From positions 186,001 through 250,000 of the forward strand of contig NW_026780455.1 in the NCBI RefSeq assembly GCF_030144855.1: DNA of 64,000 bases. The letters run 5' to 3'. The notes under the pieces were generated by a model, which ran no database searches, was not told the DNA's origin, and saw nothing but the letters and a program-made list of their open reading frames with translations. Of the stretch, positions 25,061 to 36,679 are shown piece after piece (positions within the stretch are counted from its first letter, which is position 1; each line of letters opens with the position of its first letter). The translations under genes were made by a program, and so were the position numbers. The DNA is from Hypanus sabinus (lineage: Eukaryota).

Positions 25061-25639
25061 TTTCTGTGACTCTAACCTCGATTCGAAGGGCCAGTTCATG
25101 TGCTGTGGTGTTCTGCCTTCGACCTTCTGTGATCCACGGAGATCCCCACCCTCTTGTCAGATTCCAGTCTCCGCTGTCAGACAGGACAACAGAGTGTGTA
25201 GTGGAAACTTGCAACGACAGAATTCGCTTAAGAAATTAATAGTATTTGAATAAACTTGGGTTTGGTGAGTGTTTCCTCCACAGGGACGGTAGAGAGAGCT
25301 CTCGATCCACGGACCAGCTTTGAATGGGTTCCACCAATTCTGAGAGAGAGTCCGGATGCTAATTGACACCTCCAGCAGAGGCACGTCCTGCTGAGATATC
25401 AGCCTCTGTTCCGTTATCGGCGAAATGAACGAACTTAAGTGCAGGAATCCCTATTGTAGCTCCCGGCACCAAGTCCGAAATGGTCGCTGTTTTGCCTCAG
25501 GGAGATGGAGGGGAGTTGCGCCGGTGGTGCGTTGGGTCAACTGCTCCCGCAACATCTTACGTTTACGCCCCGTAGAAAAGTCCTACCAGACCGGGGTACC
25601 ACCAGTATAGAAGATAATTAACTACGTGCTCAGACATGA

Positions 25640-26560
25640 TAAAAATCGTTAGTTTGCGTGCCTTGCAGACACATCAGCCCATGTATAACCGTATCCGTGG
25701 ATGTATCATGGCCGGTTAAAGCACGGCTCAGCACATCAGAAGGTACAGCCTGCCCTCCACAGACTCTACCTATACATTCCTTAGCCTCGGTAAAGCAGCC
25801 GGCACATTCTCGTACCATTTCAGCCCAATATTTCCTTCCACCTCCTTCCGTCGGGAAGGAAACACAAATGTTTCACAGTCCGCACTCACCGCTCAAACTG
25901 GGTAGGTTCTCACACGTTACTCTCGACCTGCAATCCAGTTCTTTATTTACATGTATCATGTTACGACCTCAATGCTTTGATCTACATGAACGATATGCGT
26001 CAAGTGAATTGCAAATGCTCTCTTCTAAGCCAGACCCCCTCCCTGCCCTGCACCGCCATCCACAACTCCAGATCCCAACTCCGAACGTCCCGTTTGTCAA
26101 CCCCATCCTCAACTTCCACCAATTCCCCTGTTCACCAAATCTACTGAGCAGGTGATAAGGTCTCTGGGGAGACTCCGACGGGGCAAAGCATTGTGTTCTC
26201 AAGTTGTGAACTCCAAGGTCCTGAGGGAATCTGCTCAGCGGCTGTGTGGATTTCCCCAGCGCATTTCCAACTTGACCCCCAGGGTTGAAAGCGTGGAAAC
26301 ATCATGTTTGGTCACAGTAGCCACCAACGGCCAACTTAAAGTCTCGAATGAATACCGTCCAGTGGCCGTGAACTGTTATATCATGAAGACCCCGTCGAGG
26401 CGGATCTTGTCTCACCTCCGACCGTGGCCAGATCAGCCCTCGACCCCCTGCAGCTTGCCAGCCACGAACGGATTCGTGTTGAGGAGACTGTCGTGATCTG
26501 CAGAGCAGAGCCTACTGCCTCTTGGACAATCAGGGCAGCAATGTGAGGATCATGTTTTTT
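25640..26560 (+). mobile_element. Rex1/Babar-like fragments (3' end ~25640-25960; RT ~26140-26560)
   Basis: NEYRPVAVNCYIMKTPSRRILSHLRP resembles NDYRPVALTSxxMKxxERLVLxHL; decayed C-terminal motif upstream. Confidence 0.6.
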
Positions 26561-26955
26561 TTTTAATTTCTTTACACAAGTGCTTTCGACACCCGATGGG
26601 AAGCCACGCGTTCACCAGGAGAGCCGATAAATTCCTTAACAGCCAGCGGCGGGATTTAAACCCGGGTCGCTGGCGCTGAACGCTGGAAATATTTCAAAGT
26701 AAATTTCTATTAACTAACGCTAGTCAAGCTTTCATTTTACTGTATTACTACGGAACAAAAAAACTAAAAGCGATTGACATGTCATTTATACTGTATTCAT
26801 CCGCCAACAAAGAGTCGAATTGTAGGTGGAGGGTGGGTCTTTCTGCTAAAATGGGCGTGGCATCTCTTCCTGGCTCTCACTGCCTTTACAAATGTGATAA
26901 ACGGCAGCTGAGCGCAAGTCTCGCTCATTATCTGAAGGATCGTTTCTAAACAAGG

Positions 26956-27769
26956 ATGTTTGTGTTACTCGGACTTATGATCTGGACCCACGGTAAGCAA
27001 TTTCCTGCCCCTACAAACTCGATAAACACTTTTGTTCTCATTTTCCCCTTTCCTTCTTAATTTGCTGATCCACTTCTCGACCCTCTGTGTTCATCTTCTA
27101 ATTTCTTTCTAAATTAATTATCCTCCTTTTACTATCCGTCCATCTTTCTCCTGCTACAGACTGCGTGCCTGCGGTTCACTCTTCCTGCCCAAATCTCGTT
27201 CTCTTCCTCACTTCCTCCTTGCAGTCTTTGCACCTATATTTTCGTTCACAGATGATTTTCCCTCTTTCTCAAAATTTCGTTTTAATTCCCTCTGCTTTTC
27301 TTTATTTCCCAGCTGCTTTTCCATTTCTTTCTAATGTTCCAGTTTTTAATCATTTCCTTTCCTCTTACGTTTCCAGAGCCACACTGATCCCCTGCACAAC
27401 CGACCTCCCCCACACCCCCAGATCTCCACCAGCATCATTAACCGTGCTCCACTCCCCGTCTCTTTCCTAGAGGTCAGCTCGCAAACGATCGCCCAGATAC
27501 CGGCCGTGCTCTCCAGATCCCCCGGCGGGAACGTGACGATGACGTGCACGGTGAAAGGCACGAGTGCTGACCCTCGCATGTACTGGTACAGACAGCTCCC
27601 GGGGAAAGAGCTGGATAACCTGTTTTAGTCCACTGCTCCCGGCGCTGTCAATTCCGACGAGCCCATGGACGGTTTCACAGCCAACAGACCTGACGGAAAG
27701 ACCTTCACTCTGACGAACACCAACCTAGAATTGAAGAACTCGGCCGTACTCTTCTGCGCGTGGAGTCTA
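26956..27769 (+). pseudogene. TRBV: TCR (probably beta) V segment 'V6', CAWS-type; leader exon 26956-26992, V exon 27471-27769; in-frame TAG at 27626-27628 (absent from the ORF track)
   Basis: Leader MFVLLGLMIWTH + GTAAGC; acceptor tctttcctAG; manual translation VSSQTIAQIPAVLSRSPGGNVTMTCTVKGTSADPRMYWYRQLPGKELDNLF*STAPG...GFTANRPDGKTFTL...NSAVLFCAWSL. Confidence 0.9.
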
Positions 27770-27808
27770 CACAGTGGCTCAGAGAGAGGGAGACTCCCAA
27801 AAAAAACC
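27770..27808 (+). other. Recombination signal sequence (23-bp spacer) of V6
   Basis: CACAGTG (consensus) - 23 nt - AAAAAAACC. Confidence 0.92.
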
Positions 27809-28989
27809 TGTTGACAACGCCGGGGAGCGGCTGGTGGTGGAAGGCGGAATTGCAGCTCGCTTCAGCGACAAAAGACAAAGACAATGTGGAGTTTAAAGTC
27901 ACATGCATCAGTACTTACACTCAGTAGCCACACTAAGATGTTCACCTTTCCACCGGCACATCAAGACAGATATCTAATTAGCCAGATTAGAGTGCGAAGT
28001 CAAAAACCCATTTTATCGGACCTGCAGACCACTCAATGGCCTTAGCCTTTTAGAGCGGGGTAGAATCTGCCTTGGAGCCAGGTGGCATGGGGTATATGTT
28101 CACAGGTTCTTAATCAGTAAGGGCGTCAACGTTTACAGAGAGAAGACAGAAGGTGGGACCGGTAACAGAGAGACGGATTACACCTGAACTACAGAGGGAT
28201 TAACATCCTTGCAGGGAGGTTTGATAGTGCTATGGGGGGGGGATTTAAACTAGATTTACAGAGGGATGGGAACCCGAACAATGCATAGTCTGTTCACGTT
28301 CCAAAGTCTTCCAGTTTCCTCTTTCAAATCGGCATATATCTGCTGCTTTTCCATGTACTGAGTTCTGTATGTTTTGTGTGAGAAAAGGAAAACTTTTGTT
28401 GGAAGGCTGAAGAACAGCTGCCAATTAGATTTCAACAGTAACCAGAAAACAAAAATAATTCCATGATCCGATATTAATAAACGCACGAAGAAAAATTAAA
28501 AACAAAAAAACAGGGACACTCAAGCTATCTCGGGTTAAAGTGAGCCTAGTACTGAAGGGGGCATTTAGAAACTGTACAACATACAGGTAAAACGGATGAG
28601 GTCATGCCTTTATTATCGAAAACAGGTTTCAACGTACGCACCACTGAACATAAATAAGATCATTACACAGAGAAATGAAGATAAATTTAACCATTGAAAG
28701 TGTATGATGCTCCATTGAAAACATCCCTAGATTTTACCAGTGATATTGCTGATGATTATTAACCTTTGTATTATTATTTTATGGTATCCTTGTACCGAGA
28801 ATTAAACAATTGCAATCTGCAACCACGGAGCACATGATCCCTATTTTGACAACAGAAGGTGCTCTTCGAACATGAAACCGGTCGGTGAAAAACATTAAAT
28901 ATTACCTTTCAGTCAATAAAGCGATACAAAGCCAGTTTCCTTCCCTACAAATCGATATGCACCACGCAAAACCGCTGTAGGAGTCACCA

Positions 28990-29600
28990 TCCCAGGCAGA
29001 ATCGATGCAATACTTCATCAGTACTGGAAAGAAAGAGAGAAGAAGGCAGAATAAGAAGCTTGGGGAAGGAAGTGACAACAAGCTCGAATTTGAATGGTGC
29101 GACTACGTGAGTGGAAGGGATGTGGGTGGGGGAAGCGGTGCAGTAGGATGCTGGGAGGTGAAATGTGGAAAGGTTAATGGCCTGAAGGAATGACCTGATA
29201 GGAGAATGGAACATCATATAAACGGGATGAACACCAGAGGGAGGTGATGGGGAGGCAAGGGGAAGAGAACAGATGTGACAAGTGCTATAAAGGGGTAATG
29301 AAAGAACCAAGAAGGGCAATGGGAGGAAGACAAGTACGGTAGGTTTAAGAAACCTCTCCTCGTACAGTCAGGTTAGATGCAAGTCAGGCGGAATATAGGG
29401 ATTGTCCCCAAAACGGCTGAATGACCTTACATCGGCAAAAGACCATACTATGGACTGACATTACGAAATGGGAAGAGGCATTGGATTTAATATTAGTGTT
29501 CCACGCTGTTGTGTTATACTTTGATGACGTGGTATCCCTTAAACGCAAAATCAATTCCTGACACTGAATGCTCATGGCCGTTGGATACGGCACTCGTCCG
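28990..29600 (-). mobile_element. Penelope-like element 3' fragment
   Basis: Decayed GIY-YIG C-terminal region and purine-rich tail recalled from fish/shark Penelope-like repeats; no intact ORF. Confidence 0.5.
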
Positions 29601-29659
29601 ATCCCTTTCAGCTGGGCGGGTGCAGACGATCGTGGCCGCAAATGGTGAGGGAGAGGGGC

Positions 29660-30540
29660 TTAGGGCGTATATGGGAATCTTTAATTACGGCGAGCGATTG
29701 GAGACCCGGGGTCTGTAGTTCCTGGAGAGAAGGAGGATGAGGAATGACTTGAAGACGCGTTATAAAATCATGAGGGGCATAGAAAGTGTGATAAAGGCAG
29801 CATTTTTCAAAGGGCAATAGACAAAATAGACAACAGACAATAGGTGCGGGAGTAGGCCATTCGTCCTTTCGACCTAGCACCACCATTCACTGTGATCATG
29901 GCTGATCATTCACAATCAGTACCCCGTTCCTGTCTTCTCCCCATATCCCTTGACTCCGCCATATTTAAGAGCTCTATCTGACTCTTTCTTGAAAGCATCC
30001 AGAGAAGTGGCCTCCACTGCCTTCTAAGGCAGAGCATTCTATAGATCCACAACTCTTTGGGTGAAAAAGTTTTTTCCTGAACTCCGTTCTGAAGGACCTA
30101 CCCCTAATTCTTAAACTGTGGCCTCTGGTTCGGGACTCCCCCAACATCGGGAACATGTTTCCTGCAACAAGCTTGTCTAAGGGATATGATTCAATCAGAT
30201 CCCCTCTCATCTTTCTAAATTCCAGTGTATACAAGCCCAGTCGCTCCAATCTTTCAACATATTACAGTCCCACCATTCCGGGAATTAATCTTATGAAGCA
30301 ACTCTGAACTCCCTCAATAGCAAGAATGCCCTTCCTCAAATTTGAAGACCAAAACCGATGAATCTAAAGGAAGTAGATCTGCTTTTAAAGTGAGAAGTGC
30401 AGGGATGTTTAAAGGGGCCTTTAAATTATTCTGCTTCGACAAAGATTGCCAGAATAATTGGGCACGGCATATTACAAGCGTCTTAAAGACATCCAGACCG
30501 GTCTGTGGAATGGAAAGTTTTCATCAGAAAAATGCGCGAA
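29660..30540. mobile_element. CR1 3' fragments (minus-strand copy ~29820-30330 nested in plus-strand pieces)
   Basis: ERLGLYTLEFRKMRGDLIESY...LGESRTRGHSLRIRGRSFRTE on the minus strand. Confidence 0.8.
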
Positions 30541-30669
30541 TCACTGGGCAATGCGACAACCTTCGAAAGGAAATCTGATCAGCAGAGCAGAATGTGGCCG
30601 AAGATCTCTCTCTGCACTCTCTGATACACGACTCCGGGCAATTACCTTTTGTATCCAAAGTAGAAAATC

Positions 30670-31046
30670 GGTCCTCGATGACGTAAGCAGACGATCAATC
30701 GAAAATTGCCACGCACAGTCAGGTGTCATTTCCGGTGGTACATTCCACCGACAAGAGTCGAGGTGAGAAAGGGAAGCGGGCGCATTCGCTCCGAACAGCA
30801 TTTCAGAAGGACAAAGCACTTTCCCCGCTGACGTGCCCCTCGCCTTTGTCACCTTGTCCCTGACTCTCCTGGACCATTGTGAGCTTTATTCTTCTTTATT
30901 CAGTCACATTCCCAGTTTATCAGCCGGCCAAACAATTCATTGATTCATGAATCCGTGTAGGGCCCCAACAGCCGTTCCTTCGACGATGATGCGCCGACTC
31001 TTTAACCCATCCCATGTTAAACCTTCTCTCTTACATGGACGCGCAG
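30670..31046 (+). pseudogene. Orphan promoter + leader exon + intron paralogous to V3, lacking ATG and V exon
   Basis: FPADVPLAFVTLSLTLLDH + GTGAGC (donor 30879) aligns with the V3 leader LPPDVPLVCLALFLTLLHN + GTGAGT. Upstream ATGACGTAAGCAG...GTCATTTCCGG matches the V3 promoter, and the intron end ccttctctcttacatggacgcgcAG matches the V3 acceptor. CR1-like sequence follows shortly after instead of a V exon. Confidence 0.7.
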
Positions 31047-32519
31047 TCAAAATTTCCAACAACTAATCGGGCTCATTGAGCAGAGCGCTCCACAGATTTG
31101 CCAGTCTCTGGGATAAGCAGTTCCTCATCATTGGCGTCCTGAGTCCACTCACACGACCCAGACCTCGGATACCTTCAGGCTGAATTAAAGACGTCTGTCT
31201 CTTACACCACCCCACCCCCAGCCTCGACTTCTCCTCTCAGACTCCCGCCGGAATTTCCTATCCGGGAGTTGGGACAATCCCCGCCTCCGCTGCCATCCCA
31301 GACCAGGTCGTGAATACACAAGCGGGAACTCTGATGAGTGCTCTTTCTTTGTTTTCTTTTCTTCTTCTCTCTGTCTCCTCCTTCCTCTCTCTCCACCCCT
31401 CCCACTCACTCTCTCCTCTCTCCCTCTACTCCTTTCACTCCCTCTCATCTCTTCCTCCCTCGCACTATTCGTCCCTCCTCTCCCTCCCCTATTGCTCCCT
31501 CCTCTCCCCCATCGTTCTTCCCCTCTCTGTCCCACCGTTCACCGCTCACCCACATCGCTCATCCTCTCTCTGCCGACCTCCGCTTCTCCCCATCGCTCTC
31601 CATCTCTCTCCCCATCACCTCTCTCTCCCACCTTTCAACTCTCTCTCCCCCACCCTGTAACTTTCTACCCCATCTGAGGGTTGAGCTCAGTTAATGAGAG
31701 ACAGGAACTCATGGCGGTTAACTGACCCGGCGAGCCCGCTCCGCGATTCAATATGATCATGTCTGATCTGTCCATGGACTCATCTCCACCTGCGAGTCTT
31801 TTCTCCATAACCCTTAACTCCCCTACTATGAAACAATCCATCTAACCTTGTCTTAAACATGTTTATTGAGGTAACCGCCACTACCTCACGGGGCAGAAAA
31901 TTCGACAGCTGCACAAATCTCTGGGAAAAAGGTTCCTTGATATTGGCGCGTCACCGGAAGACGGCGCCGTGAGTTTGGGAGTTGGAGTGCAAATATTAGG
32001 CTTCCTGGGAGGGGCGAAAACGGCGCTCCAAGAATGATGACGGTGCACGGCGAGAGTGCATCTGCTGAGACATTTTGCACGGCACGCTTTCCAGTCGTTC
32101 GTTCGGCCTGACTTGGAGTACCGTATTCAATCTGTGTAGAAATTGGACAGGATAGAAGTGATTAGGCCGCAGCGGCAGCAGACTGGATTCACAAAGTTTG
32201 AACTTTACTGGCATACCGGATTTATAAATATATATTCGAGTTCCTGATCTTGCGTGGGCGGGGCTCGTTGTGCCAAGCGACGGGTGAAAAAATGCCATTA
32301 AAATTGTTGGGCCTTTCCGNNNNNNNNNNNNNNNNNNNNNNNNNNNNNNNNNNNNNNNNNNNNNNNNNNNNNNNNNNNNNNNNNNNNNNNNNNNNNNNNN
32401 NNNNNNNNNNNNNNNNNNNNNNNNNNNNNNNNNNNNNNNNNNNNNNNNNNNNNNNNNNNNNNNNNNNNNNNNNNNNNNNNNNNNNNNNNNNNNNNNNNNN
32501 NNNNNNNNNNNNNNNNNNN

Positions 32520-35500
32520 AGGTCTAGAGTGTTTGGTAGGAAGTTGAAAATCAAGACTTTGAGGGTAGTAATCTCCGGATTGCTGCGTACGCCACGTGCC
32601 AGTGAGGGTAAGAGTAGGATGGTCTGGCCGAACATGTGAGAAACTGGTGTAGGGGGCAGGTTTTCAGATTTCTAGATCATTGGGACCTGTTCTGGGGCAG
32701 GTAGTGCCTGCACAAGAGAGCCGGATTACACCTCAACTACAAGGGGACCAATATACTCGCAGGGAGTATTGCTAGTGTTATTGGGGAGGGTTTAAACGAG
32801 GTTTGCAGAGGGATGGGAGCCAGAGAGTCAGAGTAGATAGTGGAACGGGAAAAAATAAATTATGTTAGTAGTTCATGCAAAGTCATAAATAGTAAGGTTG
32901 TGTGTTGTGCTAGAAACCTTCTGAGGTGTGTATATTTCAAAGCAAGGGATATTGTGGGAAAGACAAAAGAGCTGAGGGACTGGATTGACACTTGGAATTA
33001 TGACATCAGAGCCATGACTGAAACTTTGCTGCAGGAGGGGCAGGACTGGCCGCTGAATGTTCCAGGGTTCCGATGTTTCAGACCTGATCGAGGCAGAGGG
33101 ATGCAGGTTGGTGTGGTGGCTTTGCTATTCGGGGAAAATATTACAGCAGTACTTCAACAAGACAGATTAGAGGGCATGTCTTCTGAGGCCATGTGGGTGG
33201 AGCTGAGAAACAGGAAAGGTATGAACACATTAACAGGATTGTATGATAGACCATCCAGTACTTAACCAATAAATCAGGAGGGCGAAAAGAAGACATGATA
33301 TTGATTTGGCAGTCAGGGTGGAGGCTAATACTAAGAACTTCTACAGGTATGTTAAGAGCAAAAGGATAGCAAGGGTTAAAGTTGGTCCTCTTGAAGATCA
33401 GAGTGGTCGGCTATGTATGGAACCAAAAGAAATGGGAGAGATATTAAATGTTGTTGTTTTTTTTGCATCTGTATTTACTAAGGAAACTGGAATGTCGTTT
33501 ATGGAAACAAGGCAATCAAGTAGGGAGTTCATGGAACATACATATTGAAGAGGAGGAGGGGCTTGCTGTCTTGAGGCAAATCAGAGTAGATAAATCCACA
33601 GGAGCTGAAAGGGGATAAATCTCCGGGTCCTGACAGGATATTCTCCAGGACCTTGATGGAAGTTTGTGTAGAAATAGCAGGAGCTCTGACGGAGATCTTT
33701 AAGATGTCATTAGAAACGGGGATTGTGCCGGAGGATTGGCGTATTGCTCATGTGGTTCCATTGTTTAAAAAGGGTTCTAGAAGGAAGCCTAGCAATTATA
33801 GACCTGTCAGTTTGACATCAATTGTGGGTAAATTAATGGAAAGTATTCTTAGAGATAGTATTTATAATTATCTGGATAGACGGGATCTGATTAGAAGTAG
33901 CCAGCATGGATTTGTGCGTGGAAGGTCATGTTTGACAAACCTTATTGAATTTTTTGAAGAAGTTACGAGGCATGTTGACGAGGGTAAGGCAGTGGATGTA
34001 GTCTATATGGACTTCAGCAAAGCCTTTGACGAAGTTCCACATGGAATGTTAGTTAAGAAGGTTCAGTCGTTAGGTATTAATGCTGGAGTAATAAAATGGA
34101 TTCAACAGTGGCTAGATGGGAGATGCCAGAGAGTAGTGGTGGATAATTGTTTATCGGGATGGAGGCCGGTGACTAGCGGGGTGCCTCAGGGATCTGTTTT
34201 GGGCCCAATGTTGTTTGTAATATACATAAATGATCTGGATGATGGGGTGATAAATTGGATTAGTAAGTATGCCGATGATACTAAGGTAGGAGGTGTTGTG
34301 GATAATGAGGTGGATTTTCAAAGCTTGCAGGGAGATTTATGCCGGTATAGAAGAATGGGCTGAACGTTGGCAGATGGAGTTTAATGCTGAGAAGTGTGAG
34401 GTTCTAGATTTTGGCAGGAATAATCCAAATAGAACATACAGAGCAAATGGTAGGGCATTGAGGAATGCAGAGGAACAGAGAGATCTAGGAATAACTGTGC
34501 ATAGTTCCCTGAAAGTGGAGTCTCATGTAGAAAGCGTGGTGAAGAGGGCTTTTGGAACGCTGGCCTTTATAAATCAAAGCATTGAGTACAGAAGTTGGGA
34601 TGTAATGCTAAAGTTGTACAAGGCATTGGTAAGGCCAAATTTGGAATATTGTGTGCAGTTCTGGTCACCGAATTATAGGAAAGATATCAATAAATTAGAG
34701 AGAGTGCAGAGACGATTTACTAGGATGTTACCTGGGTTTCAGCAATTAAGTTACAGAGAAAGGTTGAACAAGTTAGGTCTCTATTCATTGGAGCGTAGAA
34801 GGTTGAGGGGGGGATTTGATCGGGGTATTTAAAATTTTGAGAGGGATAGATAGAGTTGACGTGAACAGGCTGTTTCCATTGAGAGTAGGGGAGATTCAAA
34901 CTAGAGGACATGATTTGAGAGTTAGGGGGCAGAAGCTTAAGGGAAACACGAGGGGGTATTTCTTTACTCAAAGAGTGATAGCTGTGTGGAATGAGCTTCC
35001 TGTAGAAGTAGTAGAGGCCAGTTCAGTTGTGTCATTTAAGGTAAAATTGGATAGGTATATGGACAGGAAAGGAGTGGAGGGTTATGGGCTGAGTACGGGT
35101 AGGTGGGACTACGTGAGATTAAGGGTTCGGCACGGGCTAGGAGGGCCAAGTTGGCCTGTTTCCGTGCTGTGATTGTTATATGGTTATTGTTATATGGTTA
35201 TATAGTATTCCCTCGGACCTTAAAGGAGACTAGTATTGAAATTGCTGGGGCCCTGGCAGAAATATTTAAAATGTCGATATCCACAGGTCAGGAACTGGGG
35301 GAGTGGAGGATAGCTCATGTAGCTCCTTTGTTTAAAAAAGGCTCAAAATGTGGGCTGGGGAATTATAGGCCGGTAGGTTTGACATCGGTAGTAGGTAAAT
35401 TATTGGAAGGAACACTGAATCTATTAGAGTTTTTCGAGGAAGTTACCAGGAAAGTGGATGAAGGGAAGGCAGTGGATGTTGTATACATGGATTTCAGTAA

Positions 35501-36660
35501 GTCGTTTGACAAGGTTCCTCATGGGTGGTTAGTTAGGGCGATTCAGTCTCTAGGTATACATGGAGAGGTAGCAAATGGGATTAGACATTGGATCAAAGGA
35601 AGAAGCCAGAGTGTGGTAGTGGAGGATTGCTACTCTGAATGGAAGCCTGTGACTAGTGCTGAGCCATAGGGATCAGTGTTGGTTCCATTGTAATTTGTCA
35701 AATATGTCAATGATATGGGATGATGATGTGGCAAATTGGTCAGCAAATTTGCTGATGATACAAAGATTGATGGGGTAGTGAATAGTGAGGAATATTTTTA
35801 AAGCTTAGAGGGGGATTTGGACCTGTTGGAGGAATGGGCAGAAAAATGGCACAGGGAGTTTAATACGGACGTGTGAGATATTGCACATCGAAAGGTCAAA
35901 CCATGTGAGAACATGGAAGGTAAATGGTCGGACACTGAGGAGTGCAGCAGATCAGAGTGATCTGCAATTACAGGTACATAATTCCCTAAAAGTGGCGTAA
36001 CAGGTCGATAGGTTTGCAAAGAGAGATTTTGGTACATTGGCCTTTATAAATCAAAGTATTGAGTATAAGTGTTGGAATGTAATGGTGAGGATGTATAAGA
36101 AAATGTTGAGACCGAATTTAGAGTATTGTGTGCAGCTCTGGTCACCTTATTACAGGACGGATATTAATAAGGTTTAACGAGTGCAGACAAGGTATACAAG
36201 GATGTTGCCGAGACGTGAGAAACAGAGTTACAGAAAAAAAGTGGAATAGTTTTGGACGTTATTCCCTGGAGCGTAGACGAATGAGGGGAGATTTGATAGA
36301 GGGAGATACAATTATGATGGGTATAGATAGAGTGAATGCAAGCACGTTTTTTCCACTGAGGTCAGGGGAGAAAAGAAATCAGAGGTCATGGGTTAAGGGT
36401 GAAAGGAGAAAAGTTTAAAGGGAACATGGGGAGGGGGGCTGCTTTTCACACAGAGTGTGTGAGGAGTGTGGAATGAGCTGCCAGATGAAGTGGTGAATGC
36501 GGGCTCACTTTTGACATTTAAGAAGTACTTGGAGAGATATGTGGATGAGATGGTTTGAAGGGATATGGGCCAGGTGCAGGTCACTGGGACTATGCAGAAA
36601 AATGTTTCGGCAAAGCGAAGACTGGCCAGAAGGTCTGTTTCTGTGCTGTAATGTTCTGTA
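32520..36660 (+). mobile_element. Tandem CR1 LINE copies: ORF1 end, endonuclease, RT (33653-35172 best preserved, frameshifted) and a second RT/3' copy
   Basis: WNYDIRAMTETLLQEGQDWPLNVPG (APE endonuclease); SNYRPVSLTSIVGKLME, SQHGFVRGRSCLTNL, GVPQGSVLGPMLFVIYINDLD, SKYADDTK (RT); CR1 3' UTR. Confidence 0.95.
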
Positions 36661-36679
36661 GTTCTATGGTTCGAAACCG

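Noticed and set aside
33653-35172. Long RT-like ORFs as possible host or active genes
   Set aside because: Frameshifted pieces of CR1 ORF2; not an intact element.
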